From positions 930,001 through 994,000 of the forward strand of contig OZ176054.1 of assembly GCA_964247055.1 (NCBI GenBank): a stretch of DNA of 64,000 nt. Reading direction: 5' to 3'. A program made the position numbers and the translations under genes. The notes under the pieces were generated by a model. The model saw nothing but the letters and a program-made list of their open reading frames with translations, had not been told where the DNA came from and searched no databases. Within the stretch, counting starts at the first letter, position 1, and each line of letters opens with the position of its first letter. Shown here piece after piece: positions 54,101 to 64,000 of this stretch. This stretch comes from Paragordius varius. Its lineage: Eukaryota > Animalia > Nematomorpha.

Positions 54101-57100
54101 ATTCGTATATTGATCACCGGTGAACAAAACTATTTTTTATACATTCTCTTAGTAAGACTACATCAAAATATAGAGATAGTTTGACAAACTCTTTCATATC
54201 CGATTTTTACAACGATACTTTAAAAATTAATGTATAGAACTAGTCGCGTTATACTTTGTCCTAAAAATTCATATTGATCACCGGTGAACAAAATTATTTT
54301 TTATACATTCTCTTTGTAAGACTACAACAAAATATAGAGATAGTTTGACAAACTCTTTCATATCCGATTTTTACAACGATACTTTAAAAATTAATGTATA
54401 GAACTAGTCGCGTTAAACTTTGTCCTAAAAATTCGTATAGTGATCACCGGTGAACAAAATTATTTTTTATACATTCTCTTAGTAAGACTACAACAAAATA
54501 TAGAGATAGTTTGACAAACTCTTTCATATCCGATTTTTACAACGATACTTTAAAATTAATGTATAAAACTAGTCGCATCAATACTCAAGTTAAACTTTGT
54601 CCTTAAAAATCGGATATTGGTCACCGGTGAACAAAACTATTTTTTATACATTCTCTTAGTAAGACTACATCAAAATATAGGTTTGACAAACTCTTTCATA
54701 TCCGATTTTTACAACGATACTTTAAAAATTAATGTATAGAACTAGTCGCGTTATACTTTGTCCTAAAAATTCATATTGATCACCGGTGAACAAAATTATT
54801 TTTTATACATTCTCTTAGTAAGACTACAACAATATATAGAGATAGATTGACAAACTCTTTCATATCCGATTTTTACAACGATACTTTAAAAATTCATGTA
54901 TAAAACTAGTCGCATCAATACTCAAGTTAAACTTGTCCTTAAAAATCGGATATTGGTCGCCGGTGAACAAAACTATTTTTTATACGTTCTCTTAGTAAGA
55001 CTACATCAAAATATAGAGATAGTTTGACAAACTCTTTCATATCCGATTTTTACAACGATACTTTAAAAATTAATGTATAGAACTAGTCGCGTTATACTTT
55101 GTCCTAAAAATTCGTATATTGATCACCGGTGAACAAAATTATTTTTTACAACATTCTCTTAGTAGGACTACATCAAAATATAGAGATAGTTTGACAAACT
55201 CTTTCATATCCGATTTTTACAACGATACTTTAAAAAATGTATAAAACTAGTCGCATCAATACTCAAGTAAAACTTTGTCCTTAATCGGATATTGGTTGCC
55301 GGTAAAGAAAATTTTTTTTATCATTCTCTTATTAAGACTACATCAAAATATAGAGATAGTTTGACAAACTCTTTCATATCCGATTTTTACAACGATACTT
55401 TAAAAATTAATATATTAAACTAGTCGCATCAATACTCAAGTTAAACTTTGTCCTTAAAAATCGGATATTGGTCACCGGTGAACAAAACGAATTTTTATAC
55501 ATTCTCTTAGTAAGACTACATCAAAATATAGAGATAGTTTGACAAATTCTTTCATATCCAATTTTTACAACGATACTTTAAAAATTAATGTATAGAACTA
55601 GTCGCGTTAAACTTTGTCCTAAAAATTCGTATATTGATCACCGGTGAACAAAACTATTTTTTATACATTCTCTTAGTAAGACTACATCAAAATATAGAGA
55701 TAGTTTGACAAACTCTTTCATATCCGATTTTTACAACGATACTTTAAAAATTAATGTATAGAACTAGTCGCGTTATACTTTGTCCTAAAAATTCATATTG
55801 ATCACCGGTGAACAAAATTATTTTTTATACATTCTCTTTGTAAGACTACAACAAAATATAGAGATAGTTTGACAAACTCTTTCATATCCGATTTTTACAA
55901 CGATACTTTAAAAATTAATGTATAGAACTAGTCGCGTTAAACTTTGTCCTAAAAATTCGTATAGTGATCACCGGTGAACAAAATTATTTTTTATACATTC
56001 TCTTAGTAAGACTACAACAAAATATAGAGATAGTTTGACAAACTCTTTCATATCCGATTTTTACAACGATACTTTAAAATTAATGTATAAAACTAGTCGC
56101 ATCAATACTCAAGTTAAACTTTGTCCTTAAAAATCGGATATTGGTCACCGGTGAACAAAACTATTTTTTATACATTCTCTTAGTAAGACTACATCAAAAT
56201 ATAGGTTTGACAAACTCTTTCATATCCGATTTTTACAACGATACTTTAAAAATTAATGTATAGAACTAGTCGCGTTATACTTTGTCCTAAAAATTCATAT
56301 TGATCACCGGTGAACAAAATTATTTTTTATACATTCTCTTAGTAAGACTACAACAATATATAGAGATAGATTGACAAACTCTTTCATATCCGATTTTTAC
56401 AACGATACTTTAAAAATTCATGTATAAAACTAGTCGCATCAATACTCAAGTTAAACTTGTCCTTAAAAATCGGATATTGGTCGCCGGTGAACAAAACTAT
56501 TTTTTATACGTTCTCTTAGTTACATCAAAATATAGAGATAGTTTGACAAACTCTTTCATATCCGATTTTTACAACGATACTTTAAAAATTAATGTATAGA
56601 ACTAGTCGCGTTATACTTTCTCCTAAAAATTCGTATATTGATCACCGGTGAACAAAATTATTTTTTACAACATTCTCTTAGTAGGACTACATCAAAATAT
56701 AGAGATAGTTTGACAAACTCTTTCATATCCGATTTTTACAACGATACTTTAAAAAATGTATAAAACTAGTCGCATCAATACTCAAGTAAAACTTTGTCCT
56801 TGATCGGATATTGGTTGCCGGTAAAGAAAATTTTTTTTATCATTCTCTTATTAAGACTACATCAAAATATAGAGATAGTTTGACAAACTCTTTCATATCC
56901 GATTTTTACAACGATACTTTAAAAATTAATATATTAAACTAGTCGCATCAATACTCAAGTTAAACTTTGTCCTTAAAAATCGGATATTGGTCACCGGTGA
57001 ACAAAACGAATTTTTATACATTCTCTTAGTAAGACTACATCAAAATATAGAGATAGTTTGACAAATTCTTTCATATCCAATTTTTACAACGATACTTTAA

Positions 57101-58600
57101 AAATTAATGTATAGAACTAGTCGCGTTAAACTTTGTCCTAAAAATTCATATTGATCACCGGTGAACAAAATTATTTTTTATACATTCTCTTTGTAAGACT
57201 ACAACAAAATATAGAGATAGTTTGACAAACTCTTTCATATCCGATTTTTACAACGATACTTTAAAAATTAATGTATAGAACTAGTCGCGTTAAACTTTGT
57301 CCTAAAAATTCGTATAGTGATCACCGGTGAACAAAATTATTTTTTATACATTCTCTTAGTAAGACTACAACAAAATATAGAGATAGTTTGACAAACTCTT
57401 TCATATCCGATTTTTACAACGATACTTTAAAATTAATGTATAAAACTAGTCGCATCAATACTCAAGTTAAACTTTGTCCTTAAAAATCGGATATTGGTCA
57501 CCGGTGAACAAAACTATTATACATTCTCTTAGTAAGACTACATCAAAATATAGGTTTGACAAACTCTTTCATATCCGATTTTTACAACGATACTTTAAAA
57601 ATTAATGTATAGAACTAGTCGCGTTATACTTTGTCCTAAAAATTCATATTGATCACCGGTGAACAAAACTATTTTTTATACGTTCTCTTAGTAAGACTAC
57701 ATCAAAATATAGAGATAGTTTGACAAACTCTTTCATATCCGATTTTTACAACGATACTTTAAAAATTAATGTATAGAACTAGTCGCGTTATACTTTGTCC
57801 TAAAAATTCGTATATTGATCACCGGTGAACAAAATTATTTTTTACAACATTCTCTTAGTAGGACTACATCAAAATATAGAGATAGTTTGACAAACTCTTT
57901 CATATCCGATTTTTACAACGATACTTTAAAAAATGTATAAAACTAGTCGCATCAATACTCAAGTAAAACTTTGTCCTTAATCGGATATTGGTTGCCGGTA
58001 AAGAAAATTTTTTTTATCATTCTCTTATTAAGACTACATCAAAATATAGAGATAGTTTGACAAACTCTTTCATATCCGATTTTTACAACGATACTTTAAA
58101 AATTAATATATTAAACTAGTCGCATCAATACTCAAGTTAAACTTTGTCCTTAAAAATCGGATATTGGTCACCGGTGAACAAAACGAATTTTTATACATTC
58201 TCTTAGTAAGACTACATCAAAATATAGAGATAGTTTGACAAATTCTTTCATATCCAATTTTTACAACGATACTTTAAAAATTAATGTATAGAACTAGTCG
58301 CGTTAAACTTTGTCCTAAAAATTCGTATATTGATCACCGGTGAACAAAACTATTTTTTATACATTCTCTTAGTAAGACTACATCAAAATATAGAGATAGT
58401 TTGACAAACTCTTTCATATCCGATTTTTACAACGATACTTTAAAAATTAATGTATAGAACTAGTCGCGTTATACTTTGTCCTAAAAATTCATATTGATCA
58501 CCGGTGAACAAAATTATTTTTTATACATTCTCTTTGTAAGACTACAACAAAATATAGAGATAGTTTGACAAACTCTTTCATATCTGATTTTTACAACGAT
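51150..58600. repeat. 9-monomer HOR domain, 1524-bp core period with 8- and 11-mer variants
   Basis: The 5-bp deletion TATAG|GTTTG lies at 51282, 53156, 54680, 56204, 57553 (spacings 1874, 1524, 1524, 1349). CCTTAATCGG..GGTTGCC at 53770/55294 confirms 1524. Confidence 0.9.
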
Positions 58601-59808
58601 ACTTTAAAAATTCATGTATAAAACTAGTCGCATCAATACTCAAGTTAAACTTGTCCTTAAAAATCGAATATTGGTCGCCGGTGAACAAAACTATTTTTTA
58701 TACGTTCTCTTAGTAAGACTACATCAAAATATAGAGATAGTTTGACAAACTCTTTCATATCCGATTTTTACAACGATACTTTAAAAATTAATGTATAGAA
58801 CTAGTCGCGTTATACTTTGTCCTAAAAATTCGTATATTGATCACCGGTGAACAAAATTATTTTTTACAACATTCTCTTAGTAGGACTACATCAAAATATA
58901 GAGATAGTTTGACAAACTCTTTCATATCCGATTTTTACAACGATACTTTAAAAAATGTATAAAACTAGTCGCATCAATACTCAAGTAAAACTTTGTCGTT
59001 AAAAATCGGATATTGGTCACCGGTGAACAAAACGAATTTTTATACATTCTCTTAGTAAGACTACATCAAAATATAGAGATAGTTTGACAAATTCTTTCAT
59101 ATCCAATTTTTACAACGAAACTTTAAAAATTAATGTATAGAACTAGTCGCGTTAAACTTTGTCCTAAAAATTCGTATATTGATCACCGGTGAACAAAATT
59201 ATTTTTTATACATTCTCTTAGTAAGACTACAACAAAATATAGAGATAGTTTGACAAACTCTTTCATATCCGATTTTTACAACGATACTTTAAAAATTAAT
59301 GTATAAAACTAGTCCCATCAATACTCAAGTTTAACTTTGTCCTTAAAAATCGGATATTGGTCACCGGTGAACAAAATTATTTTTTATACATTCTCTTATT
59401 AAGACTACATCAAAATATAGAGATAGTTTGACAAACTCTTTCATATCCGATTTTTACAACGATACTTTTAAAATTAATATATTAAACTAGTCGCATCAAT
59501 ACTCAAGTTAAACTTTGTCCTTAAAAATCGGATATTGGTCACCGGTGAACAAAACTATTTTTTATACATTCTCTTAGTAAGACTACATCAAAATATAGAG
59601 ATAGTTTGAGAAACTCTTTCATATCCGATTTTTACAACCATACTTTAAAAATTAATGTATAGAACTAGTCGTGTTAAACTTTGTCCTAAAAATTCGTATA
59701 TTGATCACCGGTGAACAAAATTATTTTTTATACATTCTCTTAGTAAGACTACAACAAAATATAGAGATAGTTTGACAAACTCTTTCATATCCGATTTTTA
59801 CAACGATA

Positions 59809-61873
59809 CTTTAAAAATTCATGTATAAAACTAGTCGCATCAATACTCAAGTTAAACTTTGTCCTTAAAAATCGGATATTGGTCGCCGGTGAACAAAACT
59901 ATTTTTTATACATTCTCTTAGTAAGACTACATCAAAATATAGAGATAGTTTGACAAACTCTTTCATATCCGATTTTTACAACGATACTTTAAAAATCAAT
60001 GTATAAAACTAGTCGCGTTAAACTTTGTCCTAAAAATTGGGATATTGATTACCGGTGAACAAAATTATTTTTTATACATTCTCTTAGTAAGACTACAACA
60101 AAATATAGAGATAGTTTGACAAACTCTTTCATATCCGATTTTTACAACGATACTTTAAAAATTAATGTATAAAACTAGTCGCATCAATACTCAAGTTAAA
60201 CTTTGTCCTTAAAAATCGGATATTGGTCGCCGGTGAACAAAACTATTTTTTATACATTCTCTTAGTAAGACTACATCAAAATATAGAGATAGTTTGACAA
60301 ACTCTTTCATATCCGATTTTTACAACGATACTTTAAAAATTAATGTATAAAACTAGTCGCGTTAAACTTTGTCCTAAAAATTCGGATATTGATCACCGGT
60401 GAACAAAATTATTTTTTATACATTCTCTTAGTAAGACTACAACAAAATATAGAGATAGTTGAACAAACTCTTTCATATCCGATTTTTACAACGATACTTT
60501 AAAAATTAATGTATAAAACTAGTCGCATCAATAATCAAGTTAAACTTTGTCCTTAAAAATCGGATATTGGTCGCCGGTGAACAAAACTATTTTTTATACA
60601 TTCTCTTAGTAAGACTACATCAAAATATAGAGATAGTTTGACAAACTCTTTCATATCCGATTTTTACAACGATACTTTAAAAATCAATGTATAAAACTAG
60701 TCGCGTTAAACTTTGTCCTAAAAATTGGGATATTGATTACCGGTGAACAAAATTATTTTTTATACATTCTCTTAGTAAGACTACAACAAAATATAGAGAT
60801 AGTTTGACAAACTCTTTCATATCCTTATTTTTACAACGATACTTTAAAAATTAATGTATAAAACTAGTCGCATCAATACTCAAGTTAAACTTTGTCCTTA
60901 AAAATCGGATATTGGTCGCCGGTGAACAAAACTATTTTTTATACATTCTCTTAGTAAGACTACATCAAAATATAGAGATAGTTTGACAAACTCTTTCATA
61001 TCCGATTTTTACAACGATACTTTAAAAATTAATGTATTAAACTAGTCGCGTTAAACTTTGTCCTAAAAATTCGGATATTGATCACCGGTGAACAAAATTA
61101 TTTTTTATACATTCTCTTAGTAAGACTACAACAAAATATAGAGATAGTTGAACAAACTCTTTCATATCCGATTTTTACAACGATACTTTAAAAATTCATG
61201 TATAAAACTAGTCGCATCAATACTCAAGTTAAACTTTGTCCTTAAAAATCGGATATTGGTCGCCGGTGAACAAAACTATTTTTTATACATTATCTTAGTA
61301 AGACTACATCAAAATATAGAGATAGTTTGACAAACTCTTTCATATCCGATTTTTACAACGATACTTTAAAAATCAATGTATAAAACTAGTCGCGTTAAAC
61401 TTTGTCCTAAAAATTGGGATATTGATTACCGGTGAACAAAATTATTTTTTATACATTCTCTTAGTAAGACTACAACAAAATATAGAGATAGTTTGACAAA
61501 CTCTTTCATATCCGATTTTTACAACGATACTTTAAAAATTAATGTATAAAACTAGTTGCATCAATACTCAAGTTAAACTTTGTCCTTAAAAATCGGATAT
61601 TGGTCGCCGGTGAACAAAACTATTTTTTATACATTCTCTTAGTAAGACTACATCAAAATATAGAGATAGTTTGACAAACTCTTTCATATCCGATTTTTAC
61701 AACGATACTTTAAAAATTAATGTATAAAACTAGTCGCGTTAAACTTTGTCCTAAAAATTCGGATATTGATCACCGGTGAACAAAATTATTTTTTATACAT
61801 TCTCTTAGTAAGACTACAACAAAATATAGAGATAGTTGAACAAACTCTTTCATATCCGATTTTTACAACGATA
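59809..61873. repeat. 4-monomer HOR, 688 bp (two dimers), 3 copies
   Basis: Unit starts at 59809, 60497, 61186, 61874; AATTGGG at 60039, 60727, 61416. A 1-bp insertion near 60825 explains the one 689 spacing. Confidence 0.88.
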
Positions 61874-64000
61874 CTTTTAAAATTAATATATTAAACTAGT
61901 CGCATCAATACTCAAGTTAAACTTTGTCCTTAAAAATCGGATATTGGTCACCGGTGAACAAAACTATTTTTTATACATTCTCTTAGTAAGACTACATCAA
62001 AATATAGAGATAGTTTGACAAACTCTTTCATATCCGATTTTTACAACCATACTTTAAAAATTAATGTATAGAACTAGTCGCGTTAAACTTTGTCCTAAAA
62101 ATTCGTATATTGATCACCGGTGAACAAAATTATTTTTTATACATTCTCTTAGTAAGACTACAATAAAGTATAGAGATAGTTTGACAAACTCTTTCATCCG
62201 ATTTTTACAACGATACTTTAAAAATTAATGTATAAAACTAGTCGCATCAATACTCAAGTTAAACTTTGTCCTTAAAAATCGGATATTGGTCACCGGTGAA
62301 CAAAACTATTTTTTATACATTCTTTTAGTAAGACTACATCAAAATATAGAGATAGTTTGACAAACTCTTTCATATCCGATTTTTACAACGATACTTTAAA
62401 AATTAATGTATAGAACTAGTCGCGTTAAACTTTGTCCTAAAAATTCGTATATTGATCACCGGTGAACAAAATTATTTTTTATACATTCTCTTAGTAAGAC
62501 TACAACAAAATATAGAGATAGTTTGACAAACTCTTTCATATCCGATTTTTACAACGATACTTTAAAAATTAATGTATAAAACTAGTCGCATCAATACTCA
62601 AGTTAAACTTTGTCCTTAAAAATCGGATATTGGTCGCCGGTGAACAAAACTATTTTTTATACATTCTCTTAGTAAGACTACAACAAAATATAGAGATAGT
62701 TTGACAAACTCTTTCATATCCGATTTTTACAACGATACTTTAAAAATTAATGTATAAAACTAGTCGCATCAATACTCAAGTTAAACTTTGTCCTTAAAAA
62801 TCGGATATTGGTCGCCGGTGAACAAAATTATTTTTTATACATTCTCTTAGTAAGACTACATCAAAATATAGAGATAGTTTGACAAACTCTTTCATATCCG
62901 ATTTTTACAACGATACTTTAAAAATTAATGTATAAAACTAGTCGCGTTAAACTTTGTCCTAAAAATTCGGATATTGATCACCGGTGAACAAAATTATTTT
63001 TTATACATTCTCTTAGTAAGACTACAACAAAATATAGAGATAGTTGAACAAACTCTTTCATATCCGATTTTTACAACGATACTTTAAAAATTAATGTATA
63101 AAACTAGTCGCATCAATACTCAAGTTAAACTTTGTCCTTAAAAATCGGATATTGGTCACCGGTGAACAAAATTATTTTTTATACATTCTCTTATTATGAC
63201 TACATCAAAATATAGATATAGTTTGACAAACTCTTTCATATCCGATTTTTACAACGATATTTTAAAAATTAATGTATAAAACTAGTCGCATCAATACTCA
63301 AGTTTTTGTCCTTAAAAATCGGATATTGGTCACCGGTGAACAAAATTATTTTTACAACATTCTCTTAGTAGGACTACATCAAAATATAGAGATAGTTTGA
63401 CAAACTCTTTCATATCCGATTTTTACAACGATACTTTAAAAAATGTATAAAACTATTCGCATCAATACTCAAGTAAAACTTTGTCCTTAAAAATCGGATA
63501 TTGGTTGCCGGTAAAGAAAATTATTTTTTATCATTCTATTAGTAGACTACATCATAATATAGAGATAGTTTGACAAACTCTTTCATATCCGATTTTTACA
63601 ACGATACTTTAAAAATTAATGTATAAAACTAGTCGCATCAATACTCAAGTTAAATTTTGTCCTTAAAAATCGGATATTGGTCACCGGTGAACAAAATTAT
63701 TTTTTATACATTCTCTTATTAAGACTACATCAAAATATAGAGATAGTTTGACAAACTCTTTCATATCCGATTTTTACAACGATACTTTAAAAATTAATAT
63801 ATTAAACTAGTCGCATCAATACTCAAGTTAAACTTTGTCCTTAAAAATCGGATATTGGTCACCGGTGAACAAAACTAATTTTTATACATTCTCTTAGTAA
63901 GACTACATCAAAATATAGAGATAGTTTGACAAATTCTTTCATATCCAATTTTTACAACGATACTTTAAAAATTAATGTATAGAACTAGTCGCGTTAAACT

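Larger units (their letters stand above)
1..64000. repeat. Tandem satellite DNA array, 166/178-bp AT-rich monomers, head-to-tail, single orientation; runs off both window edges
   Basis: The motif CTTTAAAA.. recurs at 1, 167, 345, 523, 689, 867 (spacings 166, 178, 178, 166, 178), and the same landmarks (ACTAGT, TCACCGGTGA, AGTTTGACAAACT, ATATCCGATTTTTA) continue to position 64000. Monomer 1 has 45 G+C in 166 bp (27%). No non-satellite sequence was seen on read-through. Confidence 0.99.

Noticed and set aside
25065-58600. All HOR copies being assembly artefacts
   Set aside because: Most copies differ by private SNPs or indels and have distinct junctions, which argues for real duplications, although the most identical copies still need read validation.
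61148-61330. 60-aa ORF MNKLFHIRF...
   Set aside because: One monomer read from a chance start in the GTTGAAC variant; same repeat-derived peptide.
1-64000. CRISPR array or bacterial repeat system
   Set aside because: No unique spacers and no cas or other genes; the units are 166-178 bp and repeated in full.

Overview
The whole 64-kb window is one uninterrupted, single-orientation tandem satellite DNA array of roughly 370 monomers (about 27% GC by hand count of monomer 1). I saw no genes, transposon insertions, inversions or unique spacers. There are two monomer classes. S is 166 bp (e.g. 1-166). L is 178 bp (e.g. 167-344) and carries a 12-bp block ATCAATACTCAA plus linked substitutions. S+L gives a 344-bp dimer. 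Sequence variants of these monomers form a patchwork of local higher-order repeats (HORs) with measured periods of 344, 688, about 1203, 1222, 1524, 1545, 1550, 1744 and 1870/2036 bp, plus longer-offset block duplications (about 3.5-9.4 kb). Each monomer carries several dyad symmetries: a 14-bp and an 11-bp inverted pair, a 10-bp palindrome within a 24-bp imperfect dyad, and a 13-bp odd palindrome. The three supplied ORFs are translations of the repeat and are rejected. The picture fits eukaryotic (peri)centromeric or heterochromatic satellite, probably invertebrate, but host, family name and centromere function cannot be established from the sequence alone. Periods were measured by hand from diagnostic variants and should be confirmed computationally.
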